Below, piece by piece: positions 1 through 9,131 of a stretch of DNA of 64,000 nucleotides. The stretch is from positions 1 through 64,000 of IMG/VR virus record IMGVR_UViG_2519899680_000008; one strand, 5' to 3'. Numbering within the stretch: position 1 is the first letter of the stretch; each line of letters opens with the position of its first letter. The stretch comes from a virus (lineage: Duplodnaviria; Caudoviricetes). Made by a program: the position numbers and the translations under genes. A model generated the notes under the pieces. It was given only the letters and a program-made list of their open reading frames with translations. It did not search any database and was not told the DNA's origin.

Positions 1-603
1 CTATTTCCCGGTAATCTGTATATATTCACTGTATTTGATATCCACGTAAGGGTTGTCGCTCGAAACGGTCTGGTGGATGGCCTTGACCCGTTTCCACAGC
101 CACCACCCCCTGTACTCCACCCATACGGCCTGGTTTAACGTGACAGGCACCCGGATTTCCCCTTTCAGCCGGTTATTCTCGATCAGCCCCGTCAGCCGGA
201 TATGCGGCGTTATCATCTCGACCTTCTGCCTTACCTGCGGCAGCGTGTCGCGGATGACGACCGTATCCTTCACTGCAGCGTCTATCGGTCCCGCCACCTC
301 GATTTCATGCCTTGCCGCCGCTTCCAGGTTCTTGACCTTTACGCCCAGCCGTTTGATGGTCTCGGCATCCTCCGCCCGGAAACGCCTGTACTCGGCGACC
401 GTCAGACGCAGCCCTTCCGCATCGGCTGCAAGGGTCGTCGAGTCGATCCGCATACGTTTCACGTCCGACAGCAGTGCCGTGTTGTTCGACCGGTAACGGT
501 CTCTCTCGTCCGTCAGCCGGAGGGTACGGCGGTGTTGTACATAGATGACGCCGCACAACAGAAGCACGGCGACAATCAGGTATTTGGATATTGCCTTACT
601 CAT
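1..603 (-). CDS. Membrane-anchored coiled-coil protein, putative spanin-like lysis protein
   Basis: N-terminal hydrophobic anchor (YLIVAVLLLCGVIYV), then a helical region and DTVVIRDT motif; lies downstream of small membrane ORFs. Confidence 0.5.
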   Translation of the reverse strand: MSKAISKYLIVAVLLLCGVIYVQHRRTLRLTDERDRYRSNNTALLSDVKRMRIDSTTLAADAEGLRLTVAEYRRFRAEDAETIKRLGVKVKNLEAAARHEIEVAGPIDAAVKDTVVIRDTLPQVRQKVEMITPHIRLTGLIENNRLKGEIRVPVTLNQAVWVEYRGWWLWKRVKAIHQTVSSDNPYVDIKYSEYIQITGK

Positions 604-802
604 ATATCACGGCCGTTTCGGGAATGAACCAGATGAATTCGTCCAGGTACGCCTCCTCAAGCAGTACCATGCCGCCTTTGGGGCTTTTTCCCATGAAAGA
701 GAGGTCTTCCACGACAATTCCCCTGCGTCCTGCAAGTTCGTCGAGCCTCAGTTCGGACAGCTCCGGCGAGGCCGTAATGGTTACGTATGCGTTCTTCTTC
801 AT
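596..802 (-). CDS. Hypothetical protein (68 aa)
   Basis: ATG start, stop overlaps next start, co-oriented. Confidence 0.6.
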   Translation of the reverse strand: MKKNAYVTITASPELSELRLDELAGRRGIVVEDLSFMGKSPKGGMVLLEEAYLDEFIWFIPETAVIYE

Positions 803-831
803 AATTTATTTCATTTCGGGTTTATGACGGC

Positions 832-1131
832 TTACCTGTGCTGGGATTGGCATTTCAGCAGCTCCCGGATGTCCGCCCGTATCTCGTGCAGGTCGTTCTG
901 CACGGTATTGAGTTGCTTCATGGTAGCCTCGAAGACGGACTTGTCCAGTTTCATGGCGTTGATGTTGTCGTACTGCTCCTTGAGTCTCAGTTCCAACGTG
1001 GTGCATTTGCTTTCCAGCTCGGCGATCTGCGCCGTGTTGTTCACGTGCTGGATGTACAGTGTCAGCACGAACGAAAGCAGCACGATGATTATCTTGAAGT
1101 ACTTGATTCCGAATTCTTTCAGTTGTTCCAT
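832..1131 (-). CDS. Single-TM coiled-coil protein, possible holin/lysis accessory
   Basis: TM segment IIIVLLSFVLTLYI followed by heptad-rich helix. Confidence 0.5.
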   Translation of the reverse strand: MEQLKEFGIKYFKIIIVLLSFVLTLYIQHVNNTAQIAELESKCTTLELRLKEQYDNINAMKLDKSVFEATMKQLNTVQNDLHEIRADIRELLKCQSQHR

Positions 1132-1141
1132 ATCAGGTGTA

Positions 1142-1297
1142 TTATTCGATTAAGATTGAAAATGCTTCTCCTATGATCCGGATTAGGCTTCCCGCCCCCT
1201 CGCTGTTCCACAACCCGAAGACGGTCAGCATGACCAGCAGGACAAGATAGACCCACCACGCTACATCTTTCTTCTCAAATTTCTTTTTCTTCTTCAT
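1142..1297 (-). CDS. Small membrane protein (51 aa, MKKKKKFEKKDVAWWVYLVLLVMLTVFGLW...), holin candidate; below ORF-track cutoff
   Basis: Manually translated; ATG lies within the 3' end of terS; basic N-terminus plus TM helix; fills the gap to the next gene. Confidence 0.6.
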   Translation of the reverse strand: MKKKKKFEKKDVAWWVYLVLLVMLTVFGLWNSEGAGSLIRIIGEAFSILIE

Positions 1298-1793
1298 TCC
1301 TTTCCTGTGTCTGCGGTACGATTACATTGAATATCACGTTCCCGTCGCTGCCCTCGATGCGCAGCCTGTTCTCCTCCTTGTGCCGGATGGGGAAAATCTC
1401 CATGAGCGCCTTGGCAGCATTGACCGACACGGCACGCAGCGGGGCCGGGGAAAGCGGGACGCCGAAGCGGTCGGTATAGTCGGACGTGGCGGTCTCGTCC
1501 ATGACGGCTTTTAGGGTTTCCGTGACCTGCAGTTTCACGGCCATGGTCTCCATTTCAAACCGCTCGGACGAGAGCAGCGCCTTGATATGGGCGGCCACAT
1601 GAGGTTTGCCCATCAGATAGTTGGCGGAGGAACCGGGATTCTTGACGGATTTTCCCTTGAATGCCTCTTCATAGCATTTCCCGGCACGCCCGGCAAACTC
1701 CAATCCCCCGTTCACGTACAGTTCGCAGAACTGCATTTCCTGTTCGGTAAGCTGCTTCTCCGATATGTTCTTTTCCTTTCCGGACACGTTCAT
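1275..1793 (-). CDS. Terminase small subunit
   Basis: LTEQEMQFCELYVNGG...SANYLMGKPHV N-terminal HTH pattern typical of TerS; phage promoter motif and AGGAGG upstream. Confidence 0.7.
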   Translation of the reverse strand: MNVSGKEKNISEKQLTEQEMQFCELYVNGGLEFAGRAGKCYEEAFKGKSVKNPGSSANYLMGKPHVAAHIKALLSSERFEMETMAVKLQVTETLKAVMDETATSDYTDRFGVPLSPAPLRAVSVNAAKALMEIFPIRHKEENRLRIEGSDGNVIFNVIVPQTQERNEEEKEI

Positions 1794-2089
1794 TCCTCCT
1801 TTTGTGAAAGAGTAGCCTGTTTTTCCCCCGGAGGTTTTATGAATTCCGATTTCTCCGCGATAAGCTGTTCGACGAGCGCTTCATAGAACACATCGGCAAG
1901 GGCGTTGGCACACGCCTCCGCATCCGCCAATGAATTGATAAGCCGCAGGTTGAACTTGATTTCGAGGTCATATCCCGATATGACCGCCATCAGCTCGTTC
2001 CCGTCATACCCCAAAGCCCCGTAGGTCATCCGGTCTGCCGTCTTGAAAGTGATGGTTTCCGGAATTTGTTTCTGTGTCTCCTGTGCCAT
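1790..2089 (-). CDS. Hypothetical protein (99 aa)
   Basis: Co-oriented, ATGA overlap with terS. Confidence 0.7.
   Translation of the reverse strand: MAQETQKQIPETITFKTADRMTYGALGYDGNELMAVISGYDLEIKFNLRLINSLADAEACANALADVFYEALVEQLIAEKSEFIKPPGEKQATLSQKEE
1808..1837 (-). promoter_or_regulatory. Putative phage-sigma promoter (AAACC-N17-CTACTCTT) for terS/lysis genes
   Basis: One of 12 copies of the bipartite motif. Confidence 0.7.
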
Positions 2090-2104
2090 TTTATTATCCC
2101 GTTG

Positions 2105-2869
2105 TCATATTTTGAAATGGTTGCGGGTCTTTTCTTTCTTCTGTATCATCCCGCTTTTCCCCTCCATGTTCCGCAGCCTGGACGTGTAGACGCCCAATAT
2201 GTCGAGCGTGGCGGTCACGTCCGCATCCGCGTCATGGGCATCGTCCAGTTCCACTCCCAACCGGGAGGCGACCAGTTCCAACTTGTAGGATGTCACTTCC
2301 GTATCGTCCGCAAAGGCAAGCCGTCCCAGGAAAAGCGTGTCGATATAGTGCGGCTGGAAATTCCCGTAATAGTCCCTTGTCCCGGCAAAGATCTTCTCGA
2401 ATTCCGTGACTAACCCGGCATGGTTCATCATCTGCTGCAGGAATCCGATATCGAAGGGGGCATTCTGCCCGATGAGCACCGGCTTGTACCGGCTGCCTTT
2501 CGACAGCGTGCTCCCCCTGGCAAACCCGATGACCTCTTCCGCCACTTTCCGTATATCCGCGCCCTTGGCATCCAGCAGTTCCATCGTGATGCCCGAATAG
2601 TCCAAGGCCGCCTGCTCGTATTTCATGGGTGCCTGTTCCATCCTTGCCTGTTCGTGCCGGGTACGGAGCACCTTGCGGTGCACGGTGTCGGCATTCTGCC
2701 TGCAGTACGGCGCTATATACGACTGGTAGCGGTCGAATACCTGCCACGTGTCGAAACGGACCGCCTGCAACGCGATCTGGGTGCAGGCACATTCCCGGCA
2801 GTCCAGCCCTCCGGTCTCGAAATCCATCCCGATACCCGTAAAAATCTTCTGTTCTGTGTTCGTTGCCAT
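2105..2869 (-). CDS. DEDDh 3'-5' exonuclease (DNA polymerase III epsilon-like)
   Basis: ExoI DFETGG, ExoII GQNAPFDIGFL, ExoIII AHDADADV; start reassigned to the ATG at 2869, just after the dnaE-C stop. Confidence 0.9.
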   Translation of the reverse strand: MATNTEQKIFTGIGMDFETGGLDCRECACTQIALQAVRFDTWQVFDRYQSYIAPYCRQNADTVHRKVLRTRHEQARMEQAPMKYEQAALDYSGITMELLDAKGADIRKVAEEVIGFARGSTLSKGSRYKPVLIGQNAPFDIGFLQQMMNHAGLVTEFEKIFAGTRDYYGNFQPHYIDTLFLGRLAFADDTEVTSYKLELVASRLGVELDDAHDADADVTATLDILGVYTSRLRNMEGKSGMIQKKEKTRNHFKI

Positions 2870-2873
2870 AATT

Positions 2874-5051
2874 TCAGGATTGAATGAATAAAAGGGAATT
2901 CTTGTAGGTCTGCAAAGTGTTGCAGCCGTTATAGTCGCTGTAACGTATGACTGCCGTGAGAATGACGACCTTGTCCTTGAGCGACTGTACCTCGGCGCGG
3001 TGCTCCATGTACCAGTCATTCCAGCAGACGCATTCCGCCAGCCGGTTGTTCTGGGAAAGCGACAGCTTCGCAAACCGTCTGCTGCCGCCGGTCTCCCGGT
3101 CCTTATAGGTATGTTCCGACACGTCCACGACCGTTGCGCATACGGTTACCCTGCGCCCGTCGTTCTCGTCCTTGGACACCTCCTCCAACGAAAGGTAGGA
3201 AGCCTTTCCCTTGACTTTCTGCCGCGCGTCCGAACTGTCGAAAATCCTCCGGTAGTCGATGGAACCGATACCGGACACGGCTATCTGCTGCTGTGCCCAG
3301 AAGTAATGCCTGCCGCGCATCTCCCCGGGAAAGTCCTTCTCGGAAAGCGTAAACCCGAGCTCCCGTGCGGCACGTTCCAGCAGGGCGTACCTCTGGGTGA
3401 TTGCCCCGACTTTCTCTATCCTGTCGAAACAGCCTGCCAGGATCATGTTCCTCACGTGGCGTGCATTCACCGGCACCTTCACCGCCTCGTCCGGGTTGTC
3501 CGGGTCGTCCCAGTAGCGGTATTTCTTCAGCTTGTACCGGAAGACCCGGTGGATGAAATTCTCGATGCTGTCATAATCTCCGCCCCTTGTCCGCTCCGCG
3601 ACGATATGCTCCACGGTCTTCACACCGACCTGCCTGATACGGGTCAGCGACCAGAATATTTCACCGGCGGCATAGTCGGTGAAGAACTCCGCTCCGGAGC
3701 GGTTGATGTCCGGCGGGACGATCCGGGCCGCGGAACAGCGCTCCATCTCCGACATCAGGGGCGGTATTTCCCTGTCGTCCGCCCATTGCAGCGCCACCGT
3801 ATAGAACGCCGACGGGAAATTCGCCTTGAGCCATGCCCCGCAATAGGCGGTCAGCGCATACGCGGCGGCATGGCTGCGGTTGAACGAGTACTTGCCTGCA
3901 ACCTCAATCTTGTGCCATATCTCCTCGGCTTCGTACTCCGGACACCCGTTCCCGACCGCCCCGGAAATGAAATCCGCTTTGAGCGTGGCCATCAGGTCCG
4001 CCTTTTTCTTGCCTATCGCCTTGCGCAGCAGGTCGGTCTTCCCGAGATCAAAGCCCCCGAGCGTGTGTGCCACGGACATGAACTGCTCCTGGTAGACCAT
4101 GATGCCGAAGGTATTCCTCGTCGCTTCATGGCACCCGTAGTTATAGACCGGGGCTATCTCGCCACGACGGAAGCGAATATAGTTATCCGTCGCCCCGATA
4201 TCCAGCGTGGCGGGGCGGTAAAGGGCGTTGACGGCTATCAGGTCCTCGATATTCTCCGGCTGCACGTCCTGTATGAAACGGGTAATGCCGGGAGACGAGA
4301 ACTGGAAAACGTTCTGCGTGTTGCCCTCGGAGAGCAGACGGTAGGTCTTTTCATCCTCCAGTTTATCCCGCGTGATACATTCGATGGAAAGCCTCTCCCC
4401 GAAATGCTCGTTGGCCAAGGAGATGACCGCGCTGAGTTTGGCGAGTTCCTTGGTCGCGAGCACGTCCTCCTTGAGCAGCCCGATCTCGTCCACTGAATAG
4501 CCGTCGAACTCCGAGACCAACGCGCCGTCCGTCTTGCGGATGGGCAGGTAGTCGAAACATTCCGTCGGCACGCCGTCCCGTGTCTCGGGAGTGACGATGA
4601 TGGCGGAGGCATGGACGGATGCCGACCTGGGCTGTCCCAAAAGCACCCGGACCTCCTCGATGACTTCGGGATACGCCTGTATGAAGTCCCGGAGTCTGCG
4701 GTTTGCCGATGCTGCCATGAAAAGCCCGGTCCAGTCCGTCCCGTCCTCTATCATGGCAGTGACATAGTTCACGGTGGAATGGGGTACGCGGTGTACGCGG
4801 GCGACATCCTTCAGCGCGGCTTTCAGCTTCATCGTGGTGAATGTCCCGGCGGAGAAGACCCGCTGTCGCCCGCCCACGTTGTAGCGTTCCTCCAGATAGT
4901 CCTTGATTTCCTGCCTCCGGTCCGAGGCGTAATCGACATCTATGTCCGGAAGCGATGCATGCCCGCCTTCCGCCAGCCCCCGGTCCACGAAGGAGTCCAT
5001 CACCTTCAGGGGCCGGTCCGTAGTCTTTATCTTTACATGTGTAACTTTCAT
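2874..5051 (-). CDS. dnaE: DNA polymerase III alpha, C-terminal fragment, preceded by a 32-aa intein-C-like leader
   Basis: PDIDVDY catalytic motif, HASAIIV, GLLKEDVL, VFQFSS, YQEQFM, YSFNRSHAAAY, HhH and OB-fold regions. Confidence 0.93.
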   Translation of the reverse strand: MKVTHVKIKTTDRPLKVMDSFVDRGLAEGGHASLPDIDVDYASDRRQEIKDYLEERYNVGGRQRVFSAGTFTTMKLKAALKDVARVHRVPHSTVNYVTAMIEDGTDWTGLFMAASANRRLRDFIQAYPEVIEEVRVLLGQPRSASVHASAIIVTPETRDGVPTECFDYLPIRKTDGALVSEFDGYSVDEIGLLKEDVLATKELAKLSAVISLANEHFGERLSIECITRDKLEDEKTYRLLSEGNTQNVFQFSSPGITRFIQDVQPENIEDLIAVNALYRPATLDIGATDNYIRFRRGEIAPVYNYGCHEATRNTFGIMVYQEQFMSVAHTLGGFDLGKTDLLRKAIGKKKADLMATLKADFISGAVGNGCPEYEAEEIWHKIEVAGKYSFNRSHAAAYALTAYCGAWLKANFPSAFYTVALQWADDREIPPLMSEMERCSAARIVPPDINRSGAEFFTDYAAGEIFWSLTRIRQVGVKTVEHIVAERTRGGDYDSIENFIHRVFRYKLKKYRYWDDPDNPDEAVKVPVNARHVRNMILAGCFDRIEKVGAITQRYALLERAARELGFTLSEKDFPGEMRGRHYFWAQQQIAVSGIGSIDYRRIFDSSDARQKVKGKASYLSLEEVSKDENDGRRVTVCATVVDVSEHTYKDRETGGSRRFAKLSLSQNNRLAECVCWNDWYMEHRAEVQSLKDKVVILTAVIRYSDYNGCNTLQTYKNSLLFIQS

Positions 5052-5590
5052 CTGATGTATTTTTTATGTCGTACAATGGAGCTTACCGTCTGCCGGCAGA
5101 CACCGTATCGCCGTGCAAGCGTCTCCTGGGAGACACCCCCGGCGGCATACCTGATACGTATTTCCTCCGCCTGCGCGTTGCTCAGTTTGGCATTCACGCT
5201 TTTCTCCCCGTAGTCGCGCTTGAGGTCGTTCGCGATGGCGTGTTCCATGTTCCGCTGGCGGGTACACATCTCCAGGTTGGCGGCTTCGTTGTTGCCCTTG
5301 TTCCCGTCGATGTGGTTTACCTCCAAAGCGGGGTCCCAGTCCGGCAGGAAATGGCTGGCGACAAGGCGGTGTACGGAGAATTTCGTCCCGACACCGTTGC
5401 GGTAGAGCCGTACCCGGTCGTAGCAGGAAGTGGTGCCGCACCAGGGCGACATGATGCGTTCGGGCTGCGTATAGGTGATGCCGTCATGCGACACCTTCCT
5501 TTCGAGGCTCTTGACACGCCCCTTGTCGCTGATTTTGTATTTCCCTTCATATCCTTTGATGTCCACCCATGTTTCCAGGGTGTCTGCCAT
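5048..5590 (-). CDS. NUMOD4-HNH homing endonuclease with C-terminal HTH
   Basis: ETWVDIKGYEGKYKISDKGRVKS (NUMOD4); VHRLVA...VNHIDGNKGNN..NLE (HNH); ATGA overlap with dnaE-C. Confidence 0.9.
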   Translation of the reverse strand: MADTLETWVDIKGYEGKYKISDKGRVKSLERKVSHDGITYTQPERIMSPWCGTTSCYDRVRLYRNGVGTKFSVHRLVASHFLPDWDPALEVNHIDGNKGNNEAANLEMCTRQRNMEHAIANDLKRDYGEKSVNAKLSNAQAEEIRIRYAAGGVSQETLARRYGVCRQTVSSIVRHKKYIR

Positions 5591-5593
5591 TGT

Positions 5594-6367
5594 CTATAAT
5601 ACATGGTTGGTTATCCTTTCTCCTGCCGTGCGGAAGATTTCGCGGTCTATCTCTATCCCTATGAAGCGCCGTCCCGTATTCCTGCACGCGATGGCGGTAC
5701 TCCCGCTGCCCATGGCGAAGTCGAGGACGAGGTCCCCTTCATCGGTGTATGTCCTTATCAGGTATTCCAGCAGGGCCACGGGTTTCTGCGTGGCGTGCAG
5801 GCAGGAAAGCTGCTTGTCCGTCTTGAATTTCAGCACGCTGCGCGGATAGCGTTCCGTGGAGATATAGTCCCGGTACTTGTCATGTTTCCGGTAGATTTCC
5901 CCCGCGTCGCATTTGTGCTGGTGTACGGCAAGGATGACCTTCCGCTTGTGCCCGTCGGTCTTGATCGGGTTGTATTTGGGAAGCCTGTCATAGAAGACGA
6001 GGATGTCCTCGTGCGCCTTCATCGGCATGCGTTTCGCGTTCAGGAATCCGGTCGCCTGCGTCTTCTCCCAGACCCAGGCGTAGCGCAGCCTGCCGAGGTT
6101 TGAGCCTCCCAGGACGCTGGTAAACGGCTGCTGGCAGAAAAGCAGCACGGGTGTCTTCTGTCCGGAAACCTCCCGGACGGCCTTCCACATGCGGGGGATA
6201 TCTATCACGGAATCCCACCGGCAGTGCGTCGTCCCGTAAGGCGGGTCGGACAGTACCATGTCGGCAATGATGCCGCTGGCGGCAAGCCGGGGCAGTACCT
6301 CCAGGGCATCTCCCCGGTAAAGGTCGCATCCCTCATAGGGACGCAGGTGTTCGCAGTTCTGATTCAT
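5594..6367 (-). CDS. DNA N6-adenine/N4-cytosine methyltransferase (beta class)
   Basis: DPPY catalytic motif precedes HATQKP and LDFAMGSGST SAM-binding motif; ATG 6367 preferred over TTG 6376. Confidence 0.92.
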   Translation of the reverse strand: MNQNCEHLRPYEGCDLYRGDALEVLPRLAASGIIADMVLSDPPYGTTHCRWDSVIDIPRMWKAVREVSGQKTPVLLFCQQPFTSVLGGSNLGRLRYAWVWEKTQATGFLNAKRMPMKAHEDILVFYDRLPKYNPIKTDGHKRKVILAVHQHKCDAGEIYRKHDKYRDYISTERYPRSVLKFKTDKQLSCLHATQKPVALLEYLIRTYTDEGDLVLDFAMGSGSTAIACRNTGRRFIGIEIDREIFRTAGERITNHVL

Positions 6368-8090
6368 CGGCTTCAAGTTCCTTTAAGTTCCACAGGCAAT
6401 CTCGGCGGTCGAAAAGGATTTCATCGCCACAAATCAATTCATCGGCATATATTGTCTTTTCCGCATCCTTGCGGATTATCCGCAGCCGGGCATCCGGACT
6501 GATGCGGTAGGTCTTGTCCCCGGACTTTATCTCTACATAGCGTTCCCCTTTTTCAAGCAGGAGATCCGGAGCCAGTACCGTCAGCTCGTCTTTCCAGCTC
6601 AGCCCGCAGCGTTCCGGCACAAGGAAACGCGAGAAGATAAGCCCGTATTTCAGCGGGTCGATGGAGGTGATACCGAGCAGGTATGACACCAGGGAGCCTC
6701 CCGCGGAGCCGCGCCCGATGCCGGTGGCAATGCCCCGGCGCCTTGCTTCCCGCACCATGTCCCACTGCACGAGGAAATAGTCCACGTTGTCCGTCGATTC
6801 GATGATATAGACCTCCTCGTCCAGCCGTTCCCCATAGCGTTCCCTTTCCTGTTCCGGGACTTTCTCACGCATTCCCTCATCGAGCAGGCGGAGGAACATC
6901 GTCCGTCGGTTCCCGTACCGTTCCCGTTCCCCGTCCCGCATCCTGTATTCGGGCATGAACATGCGTCCCGTCTCGAAGGCGGCTGTCGCTTTTTCCGCGA
7001 TCTCGACCGTCGGGCGGCACATGCGCCTGAACAGCCTGTCGAAATCCCACTTGTCGGAAAACAGGGGGCGTAACGTCTCGTAATGCTCGTCCACGCTCTT
7101 GTAGTACTGGTCATCGCTCTGCTCGTGCGCCGCCCCCGAAGCTATCTTGTTCAGGACGGTCTTCGAGAAGGCATCGTCCTTGTCCGGGTAATGGCAGTCC
7201 GCAATGAGAATGGGAGCCACGGGAAAAGAATCCGTCCGGTCGTCATGGCTTTCGAAATAGTACCGGAGGGCTTCGAGGTTTTCCCGGTCTATACGGTCGG
7301 CCTTGTACTCGCAGGCATCCACCTGGTAATAGACCGCCTCGAAACCCTGCCGCAGCCGTGCGACCTGCCGGGGATGGGAGAGCATCCAGTAGGAGGAACG
7401 GGTGGAGAAGATCAACACGCATCCGGCGGCATACGCCAGCAGCTGCTCATATCGGAGCGTCCTGTCCTCCGAGCCCACCATGACGGCACGCTGTATGCGG
7501 AGCAGGTTGCGGAGACCGTCATTGCCGAGGGCATAGACTTTCAACCCGACTTTCCCGTCCGGGTGTGCCATGTCGAGGGAATACCCGAACACGTGCTTCA
7601 GTCCCGCCTTGGCGCATTCCTTCTGGAAGTTGAGCGTGGCGGCCATCGTGTTGCGGTCGCAGATACCGATGGCCGTGTGTCCCAGCCACCGGGCCTTGCG
7701 GCACCACTCTTCCAGAGCCCCGGAAGCGTTCAGCAGCTCGTACGGGGTATGGATGCCGAGGTTTACGAAAGGGATGTCGTGCACGGGAGGTTTCGGACGT
7801 CCGATATGTTTCAGGATATTGAACCTGAAATCCTCCCGCAGGTCGTAGTAGTACCAGTTCTTTCCGAAGGGGAATGCCACATGGCGGATACCTTCTTCCA
7901 GCAGTACCTCCGGGGTTTCCATCAGGTTGAACACGGGCCTGCCGCCTTCATTCCTGAAAACGGAGTCCACGCCGGAGAGGTCGGCCAGGAACAGCCGTCC
8001 GAATTCCGGGATGTCCACTACCTCCGTGTCCACGGGCATATATGAAATGGACTGGCTGTCGAGCCAGGCCAGCAGTTCGTTCATCATCAT
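6333..8090 (-). CDS. dnaE: DNA polymerase III alpha, N-terminal fragment (PHP + part of palm), ending in a 91-aa intein-N-like tail
   Basis: PHP motifs, DYFLVQWD, GRGSAGGSLVSYLLGIT, IDPLKYGLIFSRFLVPER, then CGLSW... Confidence 0.92.
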   Translation of the reverse strand: MMMNELLAWLDSQSISYMPVDTEVVDIPEFGRLFLADLSGVDSVFRNEGGRPVFNLMETPEVLLEEGIRHVAFPFGKNWYYYDLREDFRFNILKHIGRPKPPVHDIPFVNLGIHTPYELLNASGALEEWCRKARWLGHTAIGICDRNTMAATLNFQKECAKAGLKHVFGYSLDMAHPDGKVGLKVYALGNDGLRNLLRIQRAVMVGSEDRTLRYEQLLAYAAGCVLIFSTRSSYWMLSHPRQVARLRQGFEAVYYQVDACEYKADRIDRENLEALRYYFESHDDRTDSFPVAPILIADCHYPDKDDAFSKTVLNKIASGAAHEQSDDQYYKSVDEHYETLRPLFSDKWDFDRLFRRMCRPTVEIAEKATAAFETGRMFMPEYRMRDGERERYGNRRTMFLRLLDEGMREKVPEQERERYGERLDEEVYIIESTDNVDYFLVQWDMVREARRRGIATGIGRGSAGGSLVSYLLGITSIDPLKYGLIFSRFLVPERCGLSWKDELTVLAPDLLLEKGERYVEIKSGDKTYRISPDARLRIIRKDAEKTIYADELICGDEILFDRRDCLWNLKELEADESELRTPASL

Positions 8091-9127
8091 TTTTCCTGTA
8101 CCTTGTTGAGTTTGTATTCGAGGACGGTCTGGAGCCTGCGGGAGAAAATTTCCTGAATTTCTTCCCCTGTCAGTTCATCCCAGTCCCTGCGCGCGTCCGC
8201 CATGTCCGCGACAAGCACGTCAAAATAGGGTTTCAGCCGTTCCGCTGTCTGTTTGACGGCTGTCACGGCATCCCCGTCGTAACCGACGACCACCGTCCCG
8301 ACGCCTTTGCACTGCAGCTTGTATATCTGGACGTCCGAAATCTTCTTTCCGAAAGTGGCTATGGCCGCCACATGCGGGTTGTCGTAGAGTTCCAGCTTGC
8401 GGGTCAGGGCGATGGTATCGAAAATGCCTTCTGTAAGGATAACCGTGCCGGTTTCTCCCATGTGGATGGCATCGTAGTTATAAAGCAGTTTGGAAAAGTC
8501 GTTGCCGGTCGAGTTCCTGTACCGGAGAATCTTGTACTCCCCGTTGTGCCTGGCTTTCCGGTTATAGGCGTCGATATCTTCCTTTGGCCACGTATGGCGA
8601 GCGACATAACCGACGGTTTCTCCTTCATCCATGACAGGAAACAGTACATAGTCGGCATAGCGTGGATTGAGCTTGCCGGTCGTCCCGACAGGAAAATACT
8701 CGTAGTCATCGAAGCAGAAACCTCTTTTTTGCAGGTACGGGTGCAGGAAAATCCGCTTATAGAAATCCGGCAGGGAAACGGCGGTCAGGGAGTCGTCCAG
8801 TTCCTCCGCTTCCTGCTGTCCAGTCAGATGCAGCTCCAAAGGGGCGGAGATATCTGCGGTCCGTGTGACCATCAGGTCCATCCGGCCGATGGCTTCCAGC
8901 AGCTGTTCGAGCGTGCGGGTGGAAGCCCCGCAGGAAAAGCAGTGTGACATGAAAGGAGTGCGGCGGGAGGTTCCCTTTCCGATGTAGATACCGAACTTGC
9001 CTCCCGTCTTGCCGCAGAACGGGCAGCGGGGCACAATCAGGTTTTTGCCCCCGCCGTCCTGTTTCGCTCCCGTTTCCCGGGCTATCTCCGAAACCAGATA
9101 CCTGTGTTCCTGTAATGACAGTTCCAT
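8087..9127 (-). CDS. DNA primase (Zn finger + TOPRIM)
   Basis: CPFC...HCFSC zinc finger; ILTEGIFD and VGYDGD TOPRIM motifs; start reassigned to ATG 9127. Confidence 0.85.
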   Translation of the reverse strand: MELSLQEHRYLVSEIARETGAKQDGGGKNLIVPRCPFCGKTGGKFGIYIGKGTSRRTPFMSHCFSCGASTRTLEQLLEAIGRMDLMVTRTADISAPLELHLTGQQEAEELDDSLTAVSLPDFYKRIFLHPYLQKRGFCFDDYEYFPVGTTGKLNPRYADYVLFPVMDEGETVGYVARHTWPKEDIDAYNRKARHNGEYKILRYRNSTGNDFSKLLYNYDAIHMGETGTVILTEGIFDTIALTRKLELYDNPHVAAIATFGKKISDVQIYKLQCKGVGTVVVGYDGDAVTAVKQTAERLKPYFDVLVADMADARRDWDELTGEEIQEIFSRRLQTVLEYKLNKVQEK

Positions 9128-9131
9128 ACTA

